A stretch of DNA of 64,000 nucleotides from Candidatus Latescibacterota bacterium (GTDB lineage Bacteria > Krumholzibacteriota > Krumholzibacteriia > WVZY01 > JAKEHA01), in contig OY970173.1 of the NCBI GenBank assembly GCA_963707635.1, forward strand, positions 2,592,001 to 2,656,000, written 5' to 3'. Positions 52,670-61,805 of this stretch are shown one piece after another (within the stretch, counting starts at the first letter, position 1; each line of letters opens with the position of its first letter). Under the pieces are notes generated by a model. That model worked only from the letters and a program-made list of their open reading frames with translations. It made no database searches and was not told the DNA's origin. Position numbers and translations under genes: made by a program.

Positions 52670-55483
52670 ATGCGATCACTGCTGCTGGTTCTCCTGCTGA
52701 CAGGCTTCTCCGCCGACGCCCGGGCCGCAGGAGTCGATCTCCAGGCCATGCGAACCGAACCGGCCCCGGGCCTGGGCGACTATGACGCCCCGTTCTGGCC
52801 GGACGGCGCCTACCGGACGGACGTCCAGTCTCCCTCGGACTTTCTCGGCTACCGGGTCGGCTCGAAGCCAGCCCCGCACGCCGACATCGTCCGTTACTAC
52901 CAGTACCTGGACCAGTTTCCGACCGCGGAACTTCGCTCCTACGGCGAGACCTACGAGGGGCGACCCCTCATCTATCTGATCGTCGCCTCCGAGACGAATG
53001 CGCCCCGTCTGGAGGAGATACGCAAGGCATGCCTCGAGCTCGCCGACCCGCGCCAGACCGGGAAGGTTCGCGAATTGATCGCGCGTACGCCGGCGGTCGC
53101 CTGGATGGCGTACGGCATCCATGGCGACGAGCTTTCGAGCGACGACGCCGCCCTCGAGCTGGCCTACCAGTTGGTGGCGGGCACCGACGCGACCACCCGG
53201 AAGATCCTCGACAACTGCGTAGTCATCATCGACCCGGCGGAGAATCCGGACGGCCGGTCACGGTGGCTCACCCAGCTCGAGCAGTGGAATGGCGTCATTC
53301 CGAGCTACGACGTACAGAGTATCTCCCACACCGGCGTATGGCCGTACGGGAGAACCAACCACTACCTGTTCGACTTGAACCGCGACTGGTTCGCGCTCGT
53401 CCACCCCGAAACGCAGGGGAAGACGAAGGCGATCCTCGAGTGGATGCCGCACTACGTGCTCGACTGCCACGAAATGGGGCCGCTCGACACCTACCTGTTC
53501 TCGCCGCCGCGGGAGCCGTTCAACCCGTACATGACCGGATACATCCACAAGTGGTGGGACCGCGTCGCGAAGAAGCACGCGGAGTACTTCGACCGTTTCG
53601 GCTGGAGCTACTACACCCGGGAGTGGAACGAGGAACTCTATCCGGGCTACGGCAGTTCGTGGAGCATCTACCTCGGCGCGGTGGGCATGCTGTTCGAGCA
53701 GGCCGGCGTCGACGGCTCTGTGGTCAAGCGTCCCGAGGGCAGTGTAATGAGCTACCGTGAAACCGTGCACCACCAGTTCGTGGGCTCGATGGCGAACCTG
53801 CTCGCCGTCGCGGAGGGCCGGGAGGAACTGCTCACCGACTATCGCCGCCAGAAGGAGGAGAATCTGCGCGCCCGCCCCGCCGCGTTCGTGTTCGCGGCGG
53901 GCGCGAACCGCACCCGCCTCGACCGGCTGGTGGAGAAACTCGAGCACCAGAAGATCGAGGTCGAGCGCGCCACCAAGCCGTTCAAGCTCTCGCGCGCCCG
54001 CGCGTGGGACGGGACCGAGGCGCGCAACCTCGAGATTCCGGCCGGCAGCGCCATCGTGCGCACGAACCAGCCGCTCAAGCAACTCGTCGAGGCGATTCTC
54101 AGCTTCGACATCCGCATCCCGACGTCGTTTCTGGAGAGCGAGAAGAAAGAGATTCTCGCGCGCGACGACTCCCGTCTCTACGACGCCACCGGGTGGTCGC
54201 TTTCGCTGGCGTACGGACTCGAGGCCTACCAGGTGGACGGAGGGACCGGCGCCTCCACCGAGCCATACACGATCGTGCCCCGCACGGGCGGACTCTCGGG
54301 CGAAAACGCGAAGGTCGGGTTCGCCTTCGACGGTCGCGACGACCGCGCGTTCGAGCTCCTGGCGCGTCTCTTCGAGCACGACGTGAAGGTGTGGTGCGCC
54401 CGCAAACCGTTCGCCTCGGGCGGGGTCGTTTTTCCGCGGGGGAGCTTCCTCATCCGCCGCGCCGGCAATCCTTCGCTCGACGTGGCCGCGCTGCGCGCCC
54501 TCGCTGAGTCGGCCGGCGTGGACCTGGTCGGCGTGGACTTCGGGCTCGGCGCCGGTGACAACGCCGACGCAGGCGGAAACGAGTTCGTGCTGCTGGCGCC
54601 GCCGCGGATCGCACTCGTCGCGGGCACCGGCATCAACTATTACGACTATGGCGCGATCTGGCACCTGCTCGACAGCCGCCTGCGCATGCGTTCCACAACG
54701 CTCGATGTGTCGCGGGTCGGCGGGAGCGATCTCTCGAAGTACAACGTCATCGTCCTGCCGGACGCCTGGGATGGGGTGGACGGTTACAAGGGGCGTCTCG
54801 GCGAGGGTGGGCTGGCGAAGCTAAAGTCGTGGGTCAACGCGGGCGGAACGCTCATCGGCGAGGACGCCGGCGCCGCGTTGCTCGCGGACACGTCGGTCGC
54901 CCTGTCTTCCGCGCGCCTGCGCGACCAGGTGCTCAAGGATCTGCCCAGGTACGTCGCGTCGCTCGCCGCATCACGGGATGCGATGGCACCCAAAGTCGAC
55001 AGCCTGGCATTGTGGGAAAACCGCGCAGCCATAGCGAAGAAGGATGAGAAAGCGGCCGCGGAAAAAAAGGACGACGATCTCGACGCCCGCAAGCGAACCG
55101 ACGAGATCGCCCGCAAGCTCGCGCCGCGCGGCGCCATCGTGGCGGTGGACGTGGACGTCGAACACTGGCTCGGCTTCGGGTGCGGACCGGTGGTGCCGGC
55201 ATTGCTCAACACCGATCGCGCGTTCGTGACCGAAACCACCCGGGTGCCGGGGCGATTCGCCCCACCCACCCGCCTGCGACTGTCCGGTCTCATGTGGGAA
55301 GAAGCGCGCGCGCGGTGGGGAGAGACCGTGTATGCGGCGCGTGACGGCTCGGGCAGCGGCCAGGTCATCCTGTTCGCGTCGCTCCCCAACTTCCGGGGCT
55401 ACTACTACGGCGCGGAGCGCATGCTGCTCAACGCCCTCTTCCTCGGACCGGGGATGGGAACGGCGACGCGCGTGGAATGGTAG
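52670..55483 (+). CDS. M14-family zinc carboxypeptidase, exported
   Basis: YGETYEGRPL, GIHGDE, ENPDG, NHYLFDLNRDW, DCHEM. Confidence 0.88.
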   Translation: MRSLLLVLLLTGFSADARAAGVDLQAMRTEPAPGLGDYDAPFWPDGAYRTDVQSPSDFLGYRVGSKPAPHADIVRYYQYLDQFPTAELRSYGETYEGRPLIYLIVASETNAPRLEEIRKACLELADPRQTGKVRELIARTPAVAWMAYGIHGDELSSDDAALELAYQLVAGTDATTRKILDNCVVIIDPAENPDGRSRWLTQLEQWNGVIPSYDVQSISHTGVWPYGRTNHYLFDLNRDWFALVHPETQGKTKAILEWMPHYVLDCHEMGPLDTYLFSPPREPFNPYMTGYIHKWWDRVAKKHAEYFDRFGWSYYTREWNEELYPGYGSSWSIYLGAVGMLFEQAGVDGSVVKRPEGSVMSYRETVHHQFVGSMANLLAVAEGREELLTDYRRQKEENLRARPAAFVFAAGANRTRLDRLVEKLEHQKIEVERATKPFKLSRARAWDGTEARNLEIPAGSAIVRTNQPLKQLVEAILSFDIRIPTSFLESEKKEILARDDSRLYDATGWSLSLAYGLEAYQVDGGTGASTEPYTIVPRTGGLSGENAKVGFAFDGRDDRAFELLARLFEHDVKVWCARKPFASGGVVFPRGSFLIRRAGNPSLDVAALRALAESAGVDLVGVDFGLGAGDNADAGGNEFVLLAPPRIALVAGTGINYYDYGAIWHLLDSRLRMRSTTLDVSRVGGSDLSKYNVIVLPDAWDGVDGYKGRLGEGGLAKLKSWVNAGGTLIGEDAGAALLADTSVALSSARLRDQVLKDLPRYVASLAASRDAMAPKVDSLALWENRAAIAKKDEKAAAEKKDDDLDARKRTDEIARKLAPRGAIVAVDVDVEHWLGFGCGPVVPALLNTDRAFVTETTRVPGRFAPPTRLRLSGLMWEEARARWGETVYAARDGSGSGQVILFASLPNFRGYYYGAERMLLNALFLGPGMGTATRVEW

Positions 55484-55572
55484 GCCCGGCGCTTCGCGTC
55501 TTCATCGTGTATACTTGTTGACCACGTGCCCAGGCTCCGGTGCCGGGCGCGTCGATCACCGCCCCGTAGTCC

Positions 55573-56196
55573 ATGCATTCGACCATGACGTCACTCCATG
55601 CTTTCCTGGCGGCTCTCGCATTCGCTGCGCCTGTCGCAGCCCAGACCCAGCCACCGGCGGCCGCGGCTCCCGAAGCCAGGTCGTCTGAAATACAGAAGTT
55701 GCAGAGCTTTCAGGGCATCGCGGGTCTCATGAATCTCGCGCGCGGATGCGTGCGCATCGTGGCGGTCGTCTCGCCCTCCGCCCCCGGAGCCGATGCGCAA
55801 TTCGACACGATTCTCTCCGTCGTGCGAACGAATCCCAGCAAGCGGTTGCGCGCGTATGTCATCCTGACTCCGGGGTCGGACACCGACACGCCGCTGCAGG
55901 CGACCCTCTTCGCCTCGAGGCATCCCGGCGAGCGGGTGGTCTATCTGTGGGATCCGACTGCGGGTGTCGCGAACCTCTGGAAGGAGTCGGTCGGCATCAA
56001 GGCTGCCGACATCCAACCGAGCTTCTATCTCTACGACACCGCCGCGAGCTTCACGCTGGCTCCGCCCACACCCGACGCGTGGGTCCACGGTAGCGGGGAG
56101 GCGCGGTTCGACGCCCGCGCATTCACCGATCGCGCGAGCGAACTGGTTCGCCGGGTCGAGTCCAAGGTCGCGGGGGCGTCGACCCGTACCCCATGA
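55573..56196 (+). CDS. Exported hypothetical protein, possible thioredoxin-like fold
   Basis: Signal peptide; RIVAVVSPS, V.YLWDP, YLYD segments. Confidence 0.55.
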   Translation: MHSTMTSLHAFLAALAFAAPVAAQTQPPAAAAPEARSSEIQKLQSFQGIAGLMNLARGCVRIVAVVSPSAPGADAQFDTILSVVRTNPSKRLRAYVILTPGSDTDTPLQATLFASRHPGERVVYLWDPTAGVANLWKESVGIKAADIQPSFYLYDTAASFTLAPPTPDAWVHGSGEARFDARAFTDRASELVRRVESKVAGASTRTP

Positions 56197-56220
56197 TCCT
56201 CCTTAATTCCTTGTGATTTC

Positions 56221-56250
56221 TTGACTTGAGATTTGTGATGCGGGTACAAT
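56221..56250 (+). promoter_or_regulatory. Putative sigma70 promoter
   Basis: TTGACT-N18-TACAAT within an AT-rich patch. Confidence 0.55.
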
Positions 56251-56310
56251 CGGTGTACTTGCCGGCATGGTCCAGCCCCGCCCCGGGCCCCGACTCCAGG
56301 AGAACGTCTG

Positions 56311-57669
56311 ATGGCTTCGCGCATCGTCCCCTATCTGGCTCTCGCCGTTGCCCTGCTGACCGGCGCCACCCAGGCCGCGGCCGCAACGGGAGACATCACG
56401 CTCGTAGGCCACCTTAGCCTGCCCACGGCCGTCCGCATTACCAACGTCTGGGGCTACTACGACTACGACACCGGCAAGGAGTACGCGCTGGTCGGTGACT
56501 GGTATACCGGGGTCTATGTCATCGACGTCAGCATTCCCGCCAACCCTATCGAAGTCACGAAGGTGCTCGGGGTACCCGGCTTCGATCTGAAGCCCTTCGG
56601 CCACTACCTGTACACCTGCAACGGCAACAACATCGGAAACACCTCGCGGATCATTGACTTGTCGAACCCGGCCTTCCCGGTGGTGCTGCCGAACACGTTT
56701 CATTCGTGCCACACCATATCGATTTCCACGCGCGGGGTGATGTACACGAACTATGTCGGGGTGCGCATCTATGATCTCGTCAACGATCCCACGCACCCGG
56801 ACTCGCTCTTCTATATCCAGACCAACGCGGGGCACGATACCACGCCGCGCGGCGACCGCCTGTACGACTTCGCTGGCGCCATGATGAACATTTGGAACGT
56901 GTCCGACCCGTCGGCGCCAACGCTGATCGGGTCGGACGACAACCCCCTGGTCCAGTACTACCATGGCGGGGACGAGTCGAAGGACCACGACTATCTCTAC
57001 ATGTGCGACGAATTCGCGGTGTCGCCGACGCCCGACATCGTGGTCTACGACATCTCGGACCCTTCGATTCCCACCCGGATCGGAAGCATCAACGACACGA
57101 GCTCGCGCGTTCACCAACTCTACGTGGTCGGCGACCTGATGTTCGTCGGGTACTATACGGCGGGGTTCAAGGTGTTCGACATCTCCAACCCGGGCAATCC
57201 CGTCCTGGCGGACGAGTTCGACACGTCGCCGTATCAGACCGAAACCAGCCCCGACGTCTACAGCGGCGCCTACAACGCGTACCCGTTTGCGCCGTCGGGA
57301 ATCGTGTATGTGGCCGATCACCCGACCGGGCTCTATCTGTTTTCCGTCGAAGGCCACACCGGCCAGGTGACGGCGGCCCGGGAATCGCCGTCGACGGCGA
57401 CGCTGTCCCAGAACTTCCCCAACCCGTTCAATCCCTCGACGACGATCGCATTCGAGCTCGTGCGCCGGGAGCACGTGATGCTGCGCGTCTACGACGTCCG
57501 CGGCGGCCTGGTACAGACGCTGGTCGACGAGACGCTCGCCGCAGGAGCGCACACCGCGCCGTGGTCCGGCCTCGATGCGTCCGGGCAGGCAGTTGCGTCT
57601 GGCGTCTACTACTACCAGCTCAACGCGGGACCCACCTCGCTGACCCGGCGCATGGTGCTCCTCAAGTAG
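56311..57669 (+). CDS. Secreted LVIVD/choice-of-anchor-B-like beta-propeller protein with FlgD-Ig-like C-terminal domain
   Basis: NVWGY...EYALVG, IDVS.PANP repeats, YYTAGFKVFDISNP; ends QNFPNPFNPST...RRMVLLK. Confidence 0.8.
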   Translation: MASRIVPYLALAVALLTGATQAAAATGDITLVGHLSLPTAVRITNVWGYYDYDTGKEYALVGDWYTGVYVIDVSIPANPIEVTKVLGVPGFDLKPFGHYLYTCNGNNIGNTSRIIDLSNPAFPVVLPNTFHSCHTISISTRGVMYTNYVGVRIYDLVNDPTHPDSLFYIQTNAGHDTTPRGDRLYDFAGAMMNIWNVSDPSAPTLIGSDDNPLVQYYHGGDESKDHDYLYMCDEFAVSPTPDIVVYDISDPSIPTRIGSINDTSSRVHQLYVVGDLMFVGYYTAGFKVFDISNPGNPVLADEFDTSPYQTETSPDVYSGAYNAYPFAPSGIVYVADHPTGLYLFSVEGHTGQVTAARESPSTATLSQNFPNPFNPSTTIAFELVRREHVMLRVYDVRGGLVQTLVDETLAAGAHTAPWSGLDASGQAVASGVYYYQLNAGPTSLTRRMVLLK

Positions 57670-57749
57670 ACACGAAGGCCCGATGCGCGCGTGACCGCCG
57701 GGCGGACGGGGTTGCCCGATCGGCCCGGTTCGCGTAGAGTCGTGGCTAG

Positions 57750-59087
57750 ATGCCGAAAAAAGCCGCCGGATCCATCCCATTGATCGCCGCCTGCTGGCTC
57801 GCCGCGCTGGCGGGGACGCCGCGCGCCAGCGTGGACATCACCCTCGTCGGCCGCATGCACCTGCCGAACAGCCTTTTTGTGACCAACGTCGTCGGCTACG
57901 TAGATTCCGGGACGATGCGCGAGTACGCGATCCTGGGAGACGACCACGACCGGGTTTACATCGTGGACGTCACCGACCCGACCGCCCCACGGCTGGCGTC
58001 GCAGGTCTCCGGGGTGCCGGGGTTCGACGTCAAGACCTGGGATCACTACCTGTACACGTGCGACGGCAACACCAGCGGCTTCGACAGCCGCATCGTCGAC
58101 CTCGCCGACCCGGCAAATCCGCAGATTCTCCCCGACGGCTTTGCGTCGGCGCACACGCTGCAGGTCGCCGCGAACGGGATCCTCTTCGCCGAGTACCCGG
58201 GGCTTCGCCTCTACGACCTCGCGGCCCCCACGGCGCCGGTGCTTCTCTACCAAACCGGCGGGGAAGGCCACGACTCGACCCCGCGCGGCACGCGGCTGTA
58301 CGACTTTCACGGCCGCGACGGAACCGTGATCTGGGATGTCAGCAACCCCTCGAACCCGGATACGCTCGGGGTCGTCGACGACCCGGCGATTGTTTTCCAC
58401 CACAGCGGTGACGTCACCCCCGACGAGCGCTTTCTCTATATCTGCGACGAGCTCATGACCGGCCCGGGCGCCGACATCTCGATCTGGGACATCGTGAGCG
58501 CGGCGGCGCCGGTTCGCGTGGGACAGATCGCGGACGCGAACTCCAGCGTGCACAACATCTACATCGTGGGCACCCTCGCCTACGTCGCCTACTACGCCGC
58601 CGGTTTCCGCGTGTACGACCTGACGGATCCCGTGCACCCGGTGCTCGCCGGCGCCTACGACACCTCGAAGCGCTCCGGCGAGGGCTTCATCGGCGCCATC
58701 GGCGCCTACGCGTATTCGCCGAGCGGTAACATCTTCGTGTGCGACATCGAGAACGGGCTTTTCATTTTCTCGGTGACGCCCACCACCGCTTCGCCGGCCA
58801 CGGGAGACGCGGGCTTCGTGCTCGAACAGAACGCGCCCAACCCGTTCAACCCGTCGACGCGGATTCCGTTCGAGCTCACCAGCGGCGGGCGCGTCACGCT
58901 CGACGTCTACGACGTCCAGGGGCGCCGCGTGCGCCAGGTGCTGGACCGCGTTCTCCCGGCGGGCGCGCACGAAGCGGAATGGGACGGGCGCGACGACGCC
59001 GGCACGTCGGTGGCCTCCGGCGTCTACTTCTACCGCATGGCCTCGCTCACGCGGGTCGAGACACGACGCATGGTGTTGCTGAAGTAA
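57750..59087 (+). CDS. Tandem paralogue of 56311-57669
   Basis: Collinear shared motifs (DITLVG, VPGFD.K..HYLYTC.GN, GHD.TPRG.RLYDF, Y.CDE); ends QNAPNPFNPST...RRMVLLK. Confidence 0.8.
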   Translation: MPKKAAGSIPLIAACWLAALAGTPRASVDITLVGRMHLPNSLFVTNVVGYVDSGTMREYAILGDDHDRVYIVDVTDPTAPRLASQVSGVPGFDVKTWDHYLYTCDGNTSGFDSRIVDLADPANPQILPDGFASAHTLQVAANGILFAEYPGLRLYDLAAPTAPVLLYQTGGEGHDSTPRGTRLYDFHGRDGTVIWDVSNPSNPDTLGVVDDPAIVFHHSGDVTPDERFLYICDELMTGPGADISIWDIVSAAAPVRVGQIADANSSVHNIYIVGTLAYVAYYAAGFRVYDLTDPVHPVLAGAYDTSKRSGEGFIGAIGAYAYSPSGNIFVCDIENGLFIFSVTPTTASPATGDAGFVLEQNAPNPFNPSTRIPFELTSGGRVTLDVYDVQGRRVRQVLDRVLPAGAHEAEWDGRDDAGTSVASGVYFYRMASLTRVETRRMVLLK

Positions 59088-59174
59088 GAGCCCAATCGTG
59101 GCTGGGGAAGACGCGTCTTCCCCGGCAGCCGTTGTGATTGCGCCCGCTCGCGCCTCCTGCTATTCTCTCGCCCC

Positions 59175-59948
59175 GTGATCGAAGTACAGGACGTCTTCAA
59201 AACCTTCAAGCTCTCGCGCCAGCAGAAGCGGGAGATGGGGCACGCGTTTCAGGGCAGCACGGTTGACGCTGTCGCCGGCGTCTCCTTCACCTGCCGACCC
59301 GGGCGCATCTTCAGCCTGCTCGGCCCCAACGGGGCGGGCAAGACCACGACGCTGCGCATGATCGCCACCATGATCCGGCCCACCGCGGGAACGATCCGCG
59401 TCGCCGGACACGAGGCGGCGCACCACCCCGAGAAGGTGCGCGCATCGCTCGGGTTCATGACCAATTCGACGCAGCTCTACGACCGCCTGACCCCGAACGA
59501 ACTGGTGCGCTACTACGCGACCCTCCACGGCGTGCACGCCGACGACTTCCGGAAACGGCGCGACGAGATCTTCGCGGCGCTCGACATGGGGGGCTTTGCG
59601 GACCGGCGCATCGGCAAGCTTTCCACCGGCATGAAGCAGAAGGTGTCGATCGCCCGGACCATGATCCACGACCCCAGCGTGCTCGTGCTGGATGAAGCGA
59701 CGGCCGGCCTCGACGTGCTGGCCTCCCGCGCCATCGTCGACCTGATCCGCCACGCGCGCGATCGCGGCAAGACGGTCCTGTTCTCGACCCACCGCATGGG
59801 CGAGGTCGGGCAGCTGTCCGACGACGTCGCGCTCATCCACCGCGGCCACCTCCTGTTCAACGGCACCCACGATCAATTCACGGCGGAAATGCAGGCGCCC
59901 TCGGTGGAGGACGAATTCATCCGGCGGATCGAGGCGGCAGACAAATGA
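59175..59948 (+). CDS. natA: ABC transporter ATP-binding protein (NatA-like)
   Basis: GPNGAGKTT, LSTGMKQKVSIAR, LDEATAGLD, FSTH. Confidence 0.85.
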   Translation: MIEVQDVFKTFKLSRQQKREMGHAFQGSTVDAVAGVSFTCRPGRIFSLLGPNGAGKTTTLRMIATMIRPTAGTIRVAGHEAAHHPEKVRASLGFMTNSTQLYDRLTPNELVRYYATLHGVHADDFRKRRDEIFAALDMGGFADRRIGKLSTGMKQKVSIARTMIHDPSVLVLDEATAGLDVLASRAIVDLIRHARDRGKTVLFSTHRMGEVGQLSDDVALIHRGHLLFNGTHDQFTAEMQAPSVEDEFIRRIEAADK

Positions 59949-61135
59949 GAACCGTCGTTACCGTATTTCGCAAGGAGATGGTCGACACCCTGCGCGACCG
60001 GCGCACGCTCATGTTCATGATCGTGATCCCACTGCTCGTGTTTCCCACGTTGTTCCGCGTCATGTTCGCGGTGCAGCGCAACCAGGCCGAGAAGGCGCAG
60101 TCGAAGAACCTGCGCGTCGTGTGCATCGACGGCACCGCGGGCCGCTTCGTGCGGATGCTGGAGGAGCGCGACGACATCACGCTGGTGCCGGGCGTGCCCG
60201 GCGACAGCGTGGCCGCCATGATCCGCGCCGACAGCCTGGACGGGGCGTTCGTGTTCTCGGCCACCTTCGCCGACGACGTGGCCGAGATGAAGCCGGCGCG
60301 CGTCGACTTCTACTACAAGTCGGCCGACGACTCGCCGATCATTCGCGACCGGCTGCGCGCCATCGCCGACCAGTTCGAAGAGCAGCTCCTCGACGAACGG
60401 TTCCAGCGCCTGGAGTTCGACCGGTCGATCGTCGACGCGGTGGATCTGGAGACCCACAACGTGGCCAGCATGCAGGAACAGGTCGGCCGGACCATCGGCG
60501 GGATGCTCCCCTACATGTTCATCATCTTCTGTTTCATCGGGGCGATGTATCCGGCCATCGACCTCGGCGCGGGTGAAAAAGAGCGCGGCACGATGGAGAC
60601 CCTGCTCACCGCGCCGGTGAATCGCTTTCACATCCTGCTGGGAAAATTCGGCGTGGTGGTGCTCTCCGGCCTGCTCTCCGCGGCGGTGTCGATGATCGGT
60701 CTGTTCGTCGCCTTCAAGCAGTCGAAGGAGATCCCGCCCGAATTCCTGGCCGTGATCGTGAAGATCCTCGGCTGGGATACGATCGTGCTGGTGTTGAGCC
60801 TGTTGATTCCGCTCACCATCTTCTTCGCGGGAGTGCTGCTCTCGGTATCGCTCGCTGCGCGATCGTTCAAGGAAGCCCAGAGCATGATCTCGCCGCTCAA
60901 CATCGCGGTGATCCTGCCGGCGGCGATCGGGATGATTCCCGGCGTCAACATGACCTATGCCACCGCGGTGATTCCGATCCTGAACGTGTCGCTCGCGACC
61001 AAGGAGATCATCGCCGGCACCATCCGCACCCCGCACCTCGTGCTGGTGTACGTGTCGCTGATCACGCTGGCTATCGCGAGCCTGTGGGGTTCGGCGTGGT
61101 GGTTCCGGCGCGAGTCCACGATCTTTCGGTCGTGA
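59945..61135 (+). CDS. natB: ABC transporter permease (NatB-like)
   Basis: KEMVDTLRDRRTL, AGEKERGTMETLL, ARSFKEAQS. Confidence 0.88.
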   Translation: MRTVVTVFRKEMVDTLRDRRTLMFMIVIPLLVFPTLFRVMFAVQRNQAEKAQSKNLRVVCIDGTAGRFVRMLEERDDITLVPGVPGDSVAAMIRADSLDGAFVFSATFADDVAEMKPARVDFYYKSADDSPIIRDRLRAIADQFEEQLLDERFQRLEFDRSIVDAVDLETHNVASMQEQVGRTIGGMLPYMFIIFCFIGAMYPAIDLGAGEKERGTMETLLTAPVNRFHILLGKFGVVVLSGLLSAAVSMIGLFVAFKQSKEIPPEFLAVIVKILGWDTIVLVLSLLIPLTIFFAGVLLSVSLAARSFKEAQSMISPLNIAVILPAAIGMIPGVNMTYATAVIPILNVSLATKEIIAGTIRTPHLVLVYVSLITLAIASLWGSAWWFRRESTIFRS

Positions 61136-61805
61136 CCGCGGGTCGCAGCATGAAGCTGGTCGCAGGGTACGCGCCCCGCCACTGTGCCCACGATTGCACT
61201 GCGGACGGCCGCTCGGACAGCGTCGCCTGGAAGAGGCGTCCGGAGATGCAGGTGAGCCTCGTCTCGCCGGCGAGTCGGTACCAGAGGCTCTCGGTCTCGT
61301 AGTCGAAGAGCACCGACTGGTCGTCGTAGACCCATCCGCTCGCCGATAGCGTGAGCACCGTGCCGGCAACGACGCGCGAATGGATCGACGGAGCGCCCAG
61401 GAGCGGGCGGTGGACGACGGCGATCGCTTCTCCGCCCACCACGTCGTCGACCAGTTCGGCGCCGAGGAGGTCGTCGAGGCGATAGGCGCGCGCTTCTCCG
61501 GAGAACGTCCCTCCGATCACCGGGAAGGCGTCGTCGGATGCCGGGTAGCCCGAATCGGACGGCGTCGCGACCGGCGGCGTCAGGAACGGGACCACCGCGA
61601 AGGCGCCCAGGCCGTATGCGAATCGCGCCGGGTCGAACCCGTAGCGGGACACCGCCTGGGTGATGTCCCAGTGCCTGCCGTCGAGGTCGATGATGGCGAC
61701 GCGTTCGACCGGGGTTTCACGCACAGTGGTGTCCGACAGCTCGCACGCCGTCGCCGCGAACACGCAGGACAGGAACACCCACCATGCCGGTTGCTTCACT
61801 CGCAT
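61071..61805 (-). CDS. DUF3179-like lipoprotein
   Basis: Lipobox-like ATAC; VIG....GEARAY, SG.VY....VLFDYETESLW, W.QWR..YP.T. Confidence 0.6.
   Translation of the reverse strand: MRVKQPAWWVFLSCVFAATACELSDTTVRETPVERVAIIDLDGRHWDITQAVSRYGFDPARFAYGLGAFAVVPFLTPPVATPSDSGYPASDDAFPVIGGTFSGEARAYRLDDLLGAELVDDVVGGEAIAVVHRPLLGAPSIHSRVVAGTVLTLSASGWVYDDQSVLFDYETESLWYRLAGETRLTCISGRLFQATLSERPSAVQSWAQWRGAYPATSFMLRPAVTTERSWTRAGTTTPNPTGSR

Noticed and set aside
59101..59126. Palindrome GGGGAAGACGCGTCTTCCCC after the second propeller paralogue (similar isolated hairpins near 8805 and 18596)
   Set aside because: Single GC hairpins with no U tract and no second copy in the window; function cannot be assigned.
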